DNA from: Candidatus Parcubacteria bacterium
Lineage (GTDB): Bacteria; Patescibacteriota; Patescibacteriia; CAIXNZ01
NCBI GenBank assembly: GCA_026395685.1
Contig: JAPLYG010000018.1
Coordinates: forward strand, 288 to 64,287
Reading direction: 5' to 3'
Length of the DNA stretch: 64,000 nucleotides
Shown: piece by piece, positions 29,580 through 38,699 of the stretch
Layout of the letters: each line of letters starts with the position of its first letter
Numbering within the stretch: position 1 is the first letter of the stretch
Position numbers and translations under genes: made by a program
Notes under the pieces: model-generated
What the model was told of the DNA's origin: nothing
Database searches by the model: none
What the model saw: only the letters and a program-made list of their open reading frames with translations

Positions 29580-30386
29580 ATGGAAACATGGAAGATTCAG
29601 GTTGGTGAGGCTGTCGTGGTTTCTAATATTCTTAAAGCCAAAGATACTTGGGAATTAGAATTAAACCTAGGTAATGACCTTGATGTGACTGCTTTTTTGC
29701 CCGGTCAGTTTGTCTGCTTAGCGCCTTTGGATCCGAGCTCAACTATGGCCAGGCCATTCAGTATTGCCAGTATTAGTACTTTCAACGGCACTTTTTCCTT
29801 GCTGTATAAAGTCATTGGAAAAAACACGGAATTGATGGCCAGGCTTGCAGTCGGAGAAAAGGTAAAGTTCTGGGGACCTTTGGGTCAGGGATTTCTACCT
29901 AACACGGATGAGTATGATGAAGTCTGGCTGATAGGCGGTGGAATCGGCATTGCTCCGCTGATTTTCTATGAAAAGGTCGTTTCGGAATTTCAGGGCGGGA
30001 TTGTCAGGGTTTTTTATGGCAATAAAACCGGGGCAGAAATTATTCCCTTGGATTTATATTGCCAAGAACCTTTGATAATAGTCACTGACGATGGCTCCAT
30101 TGGCTGTCAAGGTTTTGTAACTGATGTTGTACAGGCCTACATGAAAGTGGCCAATGAAAAAAAGATTTTAGTCATTACCTGCGGTCCCAAAGTCATGATG
30201 CGCAAAGTTGCGGATATCTGCCAGCAGGCAGGCCAGGATTGCTATGTGATTTTGGAAACAATCATGGCCTGCGGCCTCGGAGTTTGTCTGGGCTGTTCAA
30301 TCAAGACGTCTTCGGGCATGAAACGCATTTGCCATGATGGACCGGTTTTTCCGGCTAAGGAGGTAATCTGGGATGAGCTCAGTTAA
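29580..30386 (+). CDS. pyrK: Dihydroorotate dehydrogenase electron transfer subunit
   Basis: PGQFV, RPFSI, GPLG, GGGIGIAP, MACGLGVCLGC...RICHDGPVF. Confidence 0.95.
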   Translation: METWKIQVGEAVVVSNILKAKDTWELELNLGNDLDVTAFLPGQFVCLAPLDPSSTMARPFSIASISTFNGTFSLLYKVIGKNTELMARLAVGEKVKFWGPLGQGFLPNTDEYDEVWLIGGGIGIAPLIFYEKVVSEFQGGIVRVFYGNKTGAEIIPLDLYCQEPLIIVTDDGSIGCQGFVTDVVQAYMKVANEKKILVITCGPKVMMRKVADICQQAGQDCYVILETIMACGLGVCLGCSIKTSSGMKRICHDGPVFPAKEVIWDELS

Positions 30387-31287
30387 TCTTGGCGTTGAGA
30401 TTGGCGGTATCAGACTGAAAAATCCGATTATGCCGGCCTCAGGAACCTTTGGCAACGGAGAAGAATTTGCCGGCATTCAGGGCATGGATTTAAGTGCGCT
30501 GGGAGCGCTGGTTACCAAGGGTACAACTCTGGAACCGCGAGCTGGCAATCCGCAGCCACGGATCAGAGAAACAGCCAGCGGCATGATCAACTTTATAGGC
30601 CTGGCAAATCCGGGTGTTAAAGCTTTTATTGAAGAAAAATTGCCGTTTATGGCTCAGTTCGAGACTCCGATCATTGTCAATGTTTCCGGTTTTACGCTTA
30701 ACGAATATGTTCGGATGGCTGAGTTACTTGATCAGGTGCCATCTGTTGCAGGATTGGAAATAAATATTTCCTGTCCCAATGTAGAAGGCGGCAGAATTCC
30801 TTTTGGCAGTGATGCTCAAATCGCTGCCAATGTTATTCGAGCGGTGCGCAGGGCTACGAAATTGCCTTTGATCGTTAAGCTGACGCCGAACGTAACTGAT
30901 ATTGTGCCGATTGCTAAAGCAGTAGTTGATGTCGGAGCCAATGCCATTTCCATGATCAATACGGTCCGAGCTGCATTTATTGACCGAGGCAAAATCATCC
31001 AGGGCGGGCTTTCTGGCCCGGCTATCAAACCAATTGCCCTATGTCTAATCAATCAGGTGTCTCAGGCAGTCAATGTGCCGATAATAGGCATGGGCGGAAT
31101 CAGTACCCTGCAGGACATTTTTGATTTTTTCCAGGTCGGTGCGTCAGCTGTTGCCATTGGCACAGCGAATTTCAAAAATCCGCTGGTGATGATGGCGCTG
31201 ATTGACCAGCTGGAAAAATATTGTTTGGAACACGGCCTAGCCAATATTGACCAGGTCAAAGCAAGGATAAAAGGAGGAAAAGGGTGA
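30373..31287 (+). CDS. pyrD: Dihydroorotate dehydrogenase class 1B
   Basis: ASGTFG, EINISCPNV, VKLTPNV, GGLSGPAIKP. Confidence 0.97.
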   Translation: MSSVNLGVEIGGIRLKNPIMPASGTFGNGEEFAGIQGMDLSALGALVTKGTTLEPRAGNPQPRIRETASGMINFIGLANPGVKAFIEEKLPFMAQFETPIIVNVSGFTLNEYVRMAELLDQVPSVAGLEINISCPNVEGGRIPFGSDAQIAANVIRAVRRATKLPLIVKLTPNVTDIVPIAKAVVDVGANAISMINTVRAAFIDRGKIIQGGLSGPAIKPIALCLINQVSQAVNVPIIGMGGISTLQDIFDFFQVGASAVAIGTANFKNPLVMMALIDQLEKYCLEHGLANIDQVKARIKGGKG

Positions 31288-32045
31288 TGAAGGAAATTGC
31301 TAATGTCAACGAAAGGTTGATCGTGGCAGCGGACTTTGAGCTGGAAGGCAATGACGTACAGGCGGCGATAAATGTTCGCCAAAAGGTGCTGCAACTTGCC
31401 GATGCTCTCCACGGAACAGGCGTGATCATCAAGGTCAACTCCATCTTACGAGCCGGGGGATACAGCCTGGTCGAAGAGCTCCATGAGCGCGGACTTAAGG
31501 TCATGGCTGATCTCAAGCTGGTGGATATTCCCCAGACCATGAAGATCGACGGACAGCTTCTGGCTTGCTATAAGCCGGAGATTGTCACTGTCATGGCCAA
31601 TGCCGGAATCGATGGCCTGTCAGCCTTGGTTAAGGCTATGCCTGCGACGCAGGTTTTAGCCGTGACGGTGCTGACATCGTTGGATGAAGAAGAATGCCAG
31701 CAGATCTACTGCTGCTCAACCAAAGCCGGCGTGCTCAGATTTGCGCGCATGGCTCAAGCCGCTGGTTGCGCAGGCCTGGTGCTTTCACCCAAGGAAGTGG
31801 ACGTGATCAGGAAACGGCCGGCGTTGAACGCGCTTTCCCTCAATACTCCGGGCATCCGGCCCACCTTCGGCGTGGTCAAAGGCGATGACCAAAAACGGAC
31901 TGACACTCCGGAAGCAGCTTTTCTGGCCGGCGTGGATCGGATCGTGGTCGGACGTCCGATTACCCAGGCGGAAAATCCGCAGGTAGCAGTGCAATTGATC
32001 TTGGAGGAGATCAAGGTCGCACTTGAGAAAAAGGAAAAGAAATAA
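31284..32045 (+). CDS. pyrF: Orotidine 5'-phosphate decarboxylase
   Basis: DLKLVDIPQT, VTVLTS, TPGIRP, DDQKR, VVGRPIT. Confidence 0.95.
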   Translation: MMKEIANVNERLIVAADFELEGNDVQAAINVRQKVLQLADALHGTGVIIKVNSILRAGGYSLVEELHERGLKVMADLKLVDIPQTMKIDGQLLACYKPEIVTVMANAGIDGLSALVKAMPATQVLAVTVLTSLDEEECQQIYCCSTKAGVLRFARMAQAAGCAGLVLSPKEVDVIRKRPALNALSLNTPGIRPTFGVVKGDDQKRTDTPEAAFLAGVDRIVVGRPITQAENPQVAVQLILEEIKVALEKKEKK

Positions 32046-32239
32046 CAGCCAAGGGATTCCCATCCGGGAGTCCCTTTTTTATTTCGTTAATCGTTTTTCG
32101 CTATCGATATTCGTTTCATTTATCGTTATACGTCTAACGTAACGAACTTTGATAACTGATTGACGAATTAAACGAGGTTTGATAAGGTGGAGGAAATTAG
32201 GGATTGTTTTTAAAGCAAAAAAGAAGAAGGAGGAAAGTG

Positions 32240-33007
32240 ATGAAAGAATTAGCGGTTATTGAGACAGTGAAAAACGGAGGCGTCTTTGCGCTAAATTCAA
32301 GTGACTTTGAAGGGCGGCGCATGACCATCAACGAGGTGGTGGCGATTTTGAGCGCCTTTGATGCCTTTTGGCAATATCAAGGCGATCCTTGCGTCCAAAA
32401 GCCACATGCGCTACTGAAGTCGGGCAAGCACAGCAACGGTTTCATCAATTGCAAGGAGGTGCTGGATTATCCGCTGTTGTGCATGTTGCTGGCGCATGAG
32501 ATGCTCAAAGAAGCCAAATCACATCTTGCTCAGGATGTTCTGGCCACAATAGGCGGGGTGGCTGCTTCAGCCTATTCGGCCTTGGATCCCGGCTTTTGCC
32601 TGGCTTGGCTGTTGAGCAAAGAGTACAATCACCGGATCAAAGCCTTTAAGGCTGAAAAAGACGATAAGGGCAATCCGACCATCATTCGTGGTGGGATCGA
32701 CCCCAGCTTGAATGTCTTGGTCATCAACGAACTGATGACCACGGCCAGCGGCTCAACTTGGGAGACCAAACAAGCTGTCTTGAAAACCAATGGCGACAAG
32801 CCGGCGCCTAAAGTGCTGGATAAAGCGATCGTGTTGATGCACAGATCAAAGGATTTCCAGTTGCCTGACGGCTCACTTGTTGTTCCAGTCTTTCATTTCG
32901 ACATTGAGAACTTCGAGCCGGAAAACTGCCCTTACTGCCAAGTTGGTTCGCAGGCTATCAAGCCCAAAGTCGGCAACAACTGGAATATTTTACACGGCTG
33001 GGCCTAG
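32240..33007 (+). CDS. pyrE: Divergent orotate phosphoribosyltransferase-like protein
   Basis: HALLKSGKHS, PRPP-loop-like VLVINELMTTASGS, C-terminal CPYC; adjacent to pyrF. Confidence 0.7.
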   Translation: MKELAVIETVKNGGVFALNSSDFEGRRMTINEVVAILSAFDAFWQYQGDPCVQKPHALLKSGKHSNGFINCKEVLDYPLLCMLLAHEMLKEAKSHLAQDVLATIGGVAASAYSALDPGFCLAWLLSKEYNHRIKAFKAEKDDKGNPTIIRGGIDPSLNVLVINELMTTASGSTWETKQAVLKTNGDKPAPKVLDKAIVLMHRSKDFQLPDGSLVVPVFHFDIENFEPENCPYCQVGSQAIKPKVGNNWNILHGWA

Positions 33008-33101
33008 CGCTATTCAAACAAATTGGCCGCCCTCTGCGTTATGGGGGGCGGTCTTTAAATTTGACTTTTTATTGAATTTTGCTACAATATAATCACCAAA
33101 A

Positions 33102-33296
33102 GCCGTTTGACCCTACTAACAGTAGGGGAGGCACGGGAAGAAACCATTTGGGAGTAGAACCCGTCGTAAACCTGCGTTAAGGGTAAATTAAGAGGCTCTC
33201 CTCGGAGGGAATCAAGGTGGTACCGCGAAGAAAAAACTTCGTCCTTGAATCTATCAGTATTTGGTTTTTTGATAGGTTTAGAGACGAAGTTTTTTT
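33102..33296 (+). promoter_or_regulatory. T-box riboswitch (transcriptional) upstream of aspS
   Basis: AATCAAGGTGGTACCGCG T-box with CGTCCTTG antiterminator partner; alternative terminator ending in T7; extended -10 promoter at 33061-33088. Confidence 0.92.
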
Positions 33297-33439
33297 AATA
33301 ACCAATCATCAATAATCAAAATCCAAACAATATCTAAATTATAATAACTAATATTCAAACCGTTTAGTGATTAGGAATTGGTTATTTGTATTTGTTTGAT
33401 GATTGAGACTTGATGATTGATTATTAATCACAAAAATCT

Positions 33440-35215
33440 ATGTTAAGAACACAAACCTGCGGCGAATTAACTAAAAAACAAGTCGGTAAAAAAGCTGCCT
33501 TATGCGGCTGGGTAAATTCCAGACGCGATCATGGCGGTATTATTTTTATTGACTTGCGTGACCGTTATGGCTTGACCCAGATTAAGTTTGATCCCAGAAT
33601 TTCTCAGCCAGCCTGGGATGAAGCCAATAATGTAAGGCCAGAATGGGTGTTAAAAGTAACCGGTGAAGTTTTAGCGCGTCCCAAGGATATGATAAATCCC
33701 AAAATGGAGACCGGAGAGATTGAAATGGCAATTACTGAAATTGAAATTTTAACTCAGGCCAAAACTCCGCCTTTTGAAATTGATCAGGATAAAAATGTAA
33801 ATGAGGATTTGAGATTGAAATACCGATTTTTAGATTTGAGGCACAGTCGATTGCAAAAAATTATTGCTGATCGGGATAAATTGATTACCTATGTACGAGA
33901 ATATTTTCATAAAAAAGAGTTCATTGAAATTCAAACACCGATTTTAGCAAACTCTTCTCCTGAAGGGGCTCGTGATTATTTAGTTCCTTCAAGAATACAT
34001 CCTGGAACATTTTATGCCTTGCCTCAGGCACCCCAACAGTTTAAACAATTATTAATGGTCTCTGGTTTTGACCGCTATTTTCAGATTGCGCCTTGTTTTC
34101 GTGACGAAGATCCGCGATCTGACCGCCATCCCGGAGAATTTTATCAGATTGACTTAGAAATGTCTTTTGTGGAACAGGAAGATGTCTGGCAGCTGGTTGA
34201 ACCTTTGATGGTTGAACTGACTGAAAAATTTTCTGAGAAAAAAATTATTGCCAAGCCTTTCCCAAGAATTACTTACAAAGAAGCTTTGGAAAAGTACGGA
34301 TCTGATAAGCCGGATTTGCGTTTTGATATGGAAATTAAGTCTATTTCAGAAATGGTTAAAGCTTGCGGATTTTCTGTCTTTAGCGAAGCTATTAAAAACG
34401 GCGGTGTAGTTCATGCTTTGAAAGTTGAGGCCGATGGCAAGTTTTCCAGAAAGGATATTGATGAAATAACTGAAATTGCCAAAGCAAAAGGCGCTAAGGG
34501 TTTAGCTTATATTATTGTCAAAGAAAAAAATGAATTACAGTCGCCAATAGTCAAATTTTTAGGCGATGATCTTTCTCTTAAATTAGTTAAGGAATTGAAG
34601 GCGAAAGTCGGGGATATTATCTTCTTTGGTGCAGATGTTTGGAAGACCGTTTGTAGCGCTCTGGGAGCAGTAAGAAACGAATGTGGCAGCCGTTTAGGGC
34701 TAAAAGATCCTAATAAGGCAGCCTGGCTATGGGTGGCTGATTTTCCCATGTACGAGTATTCTGAAATTGAACCGGGACGTATTGATTTTTCCCATAATCC
34801 ATTTTCCATGCCGCAGGGTGGGCTGAAAGCACTGATGGAAATGAATCCTTTAGATATTTTGGCACATCAGTATGATTTGGTCTGTAATGGCTTTGAAATC
34901 TCCTCAGGTGCCATTCGAAATCACCAGCCGGAAATTATGTATAAAGCTTTTGAGATCGCCGGCTATACCAAAGAAGAAGTTGATGCTAAATTTGGCCATA
35001 TGATTAAAGCCTTTGAATTTGGCGCGCCCCCTCATGGCGGCATTGCTCCGGGTTTGGACAGGTTATTAATGGTTCTCTGGGATTTACCGAGCATCCGCGA
35101 TATTTATGCTTTTCCGAAAAATGGTTCTGCACAGGATGCTATGTTAGGCGCGCCAAGCGAGGTTAGCGCTAAGCAACTTAAAGATCTTCATATTAAATTG
35201 GACTTGGATAAATAG
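33440..35215 (+). CDS. aspS: Aspartate--tRNA ligase, probably non-discriminating (Asp/Asn)
   Basis: RRDHGG, PEGARDY, FRDED.R.DR, PPHGGIA.GLDR. Confidence 0.97.
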   Translation: MLRTQTCGELTKKQVGKKAALCGWVNSRRDHGGIIFIDLRDRYGLTQIKFDPRISQPAWDEANNVRPEWVLKVTGEVLARPKDMINPKMETGEIEMAITEIEILTQAKTPPFEIDQDKNVNEDLRLKYRFLDLRHSRLQKIIADRDKLITYVREYFHKKEFIEIQTPILANSSPEGARDYLVPSRIHPGTFYALPQAPQQFKQLLMVSGFDRYFQIAPCFRDEDPRSDRHPGEFYQIDLEMSFVEQEDVWQLVEPLMVELTEKFSEKKIIAKPFPRITYKEALEKYGSDKPDLRFDMEIKSISEMVKACGFSVFSEAIKNGGVVHALKVEADGKFSRKDIDEITEIAKAKGAKGLAYIIVKEKNELQSPIVKFLGDDLSLKLVKELKAKVGDIIFFGADVWKTVCSALGAVRNECGSRLGLKDPNKAAWLWVADFPMYEYSEIEPGRIDFSHNPFSMPQGGLKALMEMNPLDILAHQYDLVCNGFEISSGAIRNHQPEIMYKAFEIAGYTKEEVDAKFGHMIKAFEFGAPPHGGIAPGLDRLLMVLWDLPSIRDIYAFPKNGSAQDAMLGAPSEVSAKQLKDLHIKLDLDK

Positions 35216-35243
35216 GAGGCGAAAACGTCCGATAAAATATTAT

Positions 35244-35273
35244 CGTAGGGGACGCAGATCTGCGTCCCCTACG
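35244..35273. repeat. GTAG-type perfect palindrome, REP-like, copy 1
   Basis: CGTAGGGGACGCAGATCTGCGTCCCCTACG. Confidence 0.85.
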
Positions 35274-35347
35274 TTTGTTTTACAAACGGCCGTTTTTGTC
35301 CGCGACTTGAATATTCATCATTTTTAGGCTAAAATTAAAGAGTACCT

Positions 35348-35653
35348 ATGAAACTTTCTGGCTTACAGAAATACATAATTTTGCAATGTTTTGACTCCAA
35401 AAACAAGCTTGATCGCAAGGTTTTGCTGGGCTTTTACGGTTCTAATAAGAAGAATCCTAGCAAAGAGATAATGGTTAATTCCATTACTAATAGTATTGAA
35501 CGATTAATCAAAAAGGGGTTGATTGTGGGGTTTGGAGAGATTACTAAGGAGAAAGTTTATATCAATAAAATAAGATTAACTAGGGCGGGACAAGTATTGG
35601 CGAAGAAGGCGCTGGGGGAACAAAGACACCTGCCCTTTAAGGCTAAATTTTAA
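35348..35653 (+). CDS. Hypothetical basic protein, possibly winged helix
   Basis: SIERLIKKGLI...IRLTRAG resembles a wHTH wing. Confidence 0.65.
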   Translation: MKLSGLQKYIILQCFDSKNKLDRKVLLGFYGSNKKNPSKEIMVNSITNSIERLIKKGLIVGFGEITKEKVYINKIRLTRAGQVLAKKALGEQRHLPFKAKF

Positions 35654-35751
35654 ATTTAAAATTTTAATTGTAGGAATATTATTTAAAAATTTAAACATTA
35701 AAAATTGATTTAAAATTAAAAATTATAAATTTAAAATTAATTAGAAATCCT

Positions 35752-36327
35752 ATGCCTATCCCAAAACAAATTACTAACTATCTGGACAAGCGTGATGCCA
35801 AGTATGCTATTGTCACTCATAAAAAAGTTTATACTGCTTATGATGCCGCTCAGACATTAAAGAAAAAGTTGGATGAAATAGTAAAGAATTTATTAATTAA
35901 AACTGATAAAGGATTTGTTTTGGTTTTATTGCCAGCGTCAAAGCGGCTAGATCTAAAGCAGTTGAAGAAATTGATGAATAGTAAAGGTAAGGGAGTGAAA
36001 ACAGTAGAAATTCCCAAAGAAGGCGCGATGGTCAGATTGTTAAAAGTAAAACCAGGCGCTTTGTCAGCTTTTGGTAGGTTGCATGCTTTGGAAGTTTATA
36101 TGGATAAAAATTTACGTAAAGTCAAAAAGGCGATTTTTTCCAGCGGCAGCTTTACGGAAAGTTTTGAAATGGCCATGAAGGAATTTGAAAAACTGGAAGA
36201 GCCGGTGGTAGGCGTATTTACCGAAACAAAAAAATTTAAGCCGATAAAGAAGGTGTTTAAGAAAATAAAGAAGACAGTTAAAAAAGCAACAAAGAACGTT
36301 AAAAAATCAATTAAGAAAAGAAAGTAG
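35752..36327 (+). CDS. YbaK/ProX-family aminoacyl-tRNA deacylase with Lys-rich tail
   Basis: H..VYTA.DAA, IVKNLLI, PGAL.AFG. Confidence 0.8.
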   Translation: MPIPKQITNYLDKRDAKYAIVTHKKVYTAYDAAQTLKKKLDEIVKNLLIKTDKGFVLVLLPASKRLDLKQLKKLMNSKGKGVKTVEIPKEGAMVRLLKVKPGALSAFGRLHALEVYMDKNLRKVKKAIFSSGSFTESFEMAMKEFEKLEEPVVGVFTETKKFKPIKKVFKKIKKTVKKATKNVKKSIKKRK

Positions 36328-36393
36328 TTTGGCTTCGTGCCTAGGGTTTTGAGCTTAGAGCTCATAGCCGATAACTCGCAGCCCACAGCTTAT

Positions 36394-37092
36394 ATGGAAC
36401 AATATAAGGTACAATTAGAAGACTGGCAGGGTCCTTTAGATTTACTTTTACAGCTGATTGAGCAGCAAGAATTGGATATTACCAAGATTTCATTATCCAA
36501 GGTCGCTGACCAGTTTATTGCGTATATGAATATGAAACCTATTTCCCTGGAGGAAACTGCTGATTTTTTAGTTGTAGCCGCAAAGTTGATCTATATTAAA
36601 TCAAAAGCACTTTTGCCGACTTTAAGTTTGGAAGAAGATGATGGCATTGATCTGGAAAAGCAGCTCAAAATGTATAAAGAATATCTGGAAGCTTCAAGGA
36701 AAATACAAAAAATATTGAGTAAAAATCAGTTTTGTTTCAGCAAAGAAAAATTTCCCGACGGAATTACTTCTCAAATTTTTTATATACCGCAAAGTCTTAC
36801 CCCCAATAAGCTTAGTAATGTATATGCTCAAATTCTGGGGCGCATCAAACCGATTTTAGAATTGCCGAAGAGAGTGATTGAAAGAACAATAAAATTGTCA
36901 GAAAGAATTTTACATATTAAAGAATTGGTATTAAGAGAAGCCTGCTCATCTTTCAATAAGCTATTATGCGATTCTAAATCTAAAACCGAGAGGATTGTTT
37001 CTTTCTTGGCTATCTTGGAGCTGGTAAAACAAAAAATAATTAATGTAGAACAGAACGAATTATTTGAGGATATTACTATGAACAAAATTTAA
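36394..37092 (+). CDS. scpA: Segregation and condensation protein A
   Basis: GPLDLLLQLI, FLVVAA.L..IKS..LLP, FLAILEL. Confidence 0.95.
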   Translation: MEQYKVQLEDWQGPLDLLLQLIEQQELDITKISLSKVADQFIAYMNMKPISLEETADFLVVAAKLIYIKSKALLPTLSLEEDDGIDLEKQLKMYKEYLEASRKIQKILSKNQFCFSKEKFPDGITSQIFYIPQSLTPNKLSNVYAQILGRIKPILELPKRVIERTIKLSERILHIKELVLREACSSFNKLLCDSKSKTERIVSFLAILELVKQKIINVEQNELFEDITMNKI

Positions 37093-37147
37093 GATTCAAA
37101 GTTTAAAGTGCAAAGTTACAATTATTAATTTAAATTTATTGATATTT

Positions 37148-37738
37148 ATGTCATTAAAATCTAAAATTGAATCGTTATTATTTATAACTACCAGGCCTTT
37201 AGCGGTAAATAAAATTGCTGAATTGGTCGAGGGAGACAAAAATGAGGTAAAAGAGGCAATAGAAAGCCTTTATCAGAAATATAATAATGAAGAAAATGGA
37301 GTCATTCTGCAAAAAATAGGAAATGATTATCAGTTGGTTACCAGGCCGGAAAACAGCAAAATGATCAGTGAATTTTTAAAGGAAGAAATTACCGGGGAAT
37401 TAACCCCGGCTTCACTAGAAACTTTAACGGTTGTGGCTTATCGCGGCCCCATAGCACGCGAAGAGTTGGAATTAATTCGCGGGGTAAATTGCAGTATTAT
37501 CTTGCGCAATTTGTTAATCAGAGGATTGATTGAAGAAATCAATGATAAGAATGAATTGGTTAAGAAATATCAGATTACTTTTGAATTTTTAAAGCACCTG
37601 GGAATTTCAGAGCCGGCTCAATTGCCTAACTATGAGCATCTTAACAGCGCAGAAGCGCTGGAACAGCTTTTAAAGCAAAAACAAGGCGAACAATTAAAAA
37701 TTACAGATGCTCCCGAGACAGGGGAGGCAAATGTTTAA
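37148..37738 (+). CDS. scpB: Segregation and condensation protein B
   Basis: IESLLF, ASLETL..VAYRGP, IRGVN. Confidence 0.95.
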   Translation: MSLKSKIESLLFITTRPLAVNKIAELVEGDKNEVKEAIESLYQKYNNEENGVILQKIGNDYQLVTRPENSKMISEFLKEEITGELTPASLETLTVVAYRGPIAREELELIRGVNCSIILRNLLIRGLIEEINDKNELVKKYQITFEFLKHLGISEPAQLPNYEHLNSAEALEQLLKQKQGEQLKITDAPETGEANV

Positions 37739-37764
37739 TTATTAACGTTTAGAACTTAGTTATT

Positions 37765-38685
37765 ATGTTGGTTGATATTTTTTTAGAATTTTTAATATTT
37801 TCTACTTTAGGTAGCGCAAGTTTTGTTGCTAATCATTATATAAATTTAGATAATTTAGCTAATTTTTCGGATCTTGATATCCAAAGTCAGCAAGAGCAAA
37901 ATGCACCGGACAGAATGTATACTGATTATGTGGATATTGTTATTTCCGCAAAAAGTGCAATTGCCGTAGATGTCAAAAGCGGCAAAATATTATACCAAAA
38001 AAATACGGAAGAGATTTTACCTATTGCCAGCATCACAAAATTAATGACCGCCCTGGTTTTTTTGGATTATAATCCCGGTTGGCAAAAGGAATGGTCAACA
38101 ACTTCTTCTGACCGCAGAAACGGCGGCGTAATTTATTTAAATACCGATGAAGTTATTACTCTAGATAATTTATTTAAAACCGCACTGATCGTTTCCGATA
38201 ACGATTCAGCCATGGCCTTATCTCGGGCAAGCGGATTAAGCGAGGATGAATTTATCAGACAAATGAATATTAAAGCAAAGAGCCTTGGCCTTTTAAATAC
38301 TGTTTTTGTTGATCCGACGGGCTTAAAATCAGGCAATCAGTCAACTGTCGGCGATTTAGCAAAGCTTTTAAATTTTGCTTTACAAAATAAGGAATTAAGC
38401 AGAGTTACCAGCACGTCTTATTATGAGTTTGAGGTATCATCTCTGGATAAAAAACGTACCGTAAAATTAAAAAATACTGATTGGCTATTGAAAAGTTATT
38501 TGAATGTTCTCGGCGGCAAAACAGGGTCTTTAGAATCAGCAGGGTATTGTTTGGCAGTTAAAATTAAGGGAGAAAAAAATCAGGAAATAGTTATTGTTGT
38601 TTTAGGCAGTCAGTCAAATAGCGAAAGGTTTCAGGATGTTAAGGCAATTAGTGACTGGACATTTTTTAATTATCAGTGGCGATAA
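37765..38685 (+). CDS. Peptidase S11 D-alanyl-D-alanine carboxy/endopeptidase
   Basis: PIASITKLMT (SxxK), SDN, DPTGL, KTG. Confidence 0.93.
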   Translation: MLVDIFLEFLIFSTLGSASFVANHYINLDNLANFSDLDIQSQQEQNAPDRMYTDYVDIVISAKSAIAVDVKSGKILYQKNTEEILPIASITKLMTALVFLDYNPGWQKEWSTTSSDRRNGGVIYLNTDEVITLDNLFKTALIVSDNDSAMALSRASGLSEDEFIRQMNIKAKSLGLLNTVFVDPTGLKSGNQSTVGDLAKLLNFALQNKELSRVTSTSYYEFEVSSLDKKRTVKLKNTDWLLKSYLNVLGGKTGSLESAGYCLAVKIKGEKNQEIVIVVLGSQSNSERFQDVKAISDWTFFNYQWR

Positions 38686-38699
38686 TTTATTAATATTAT

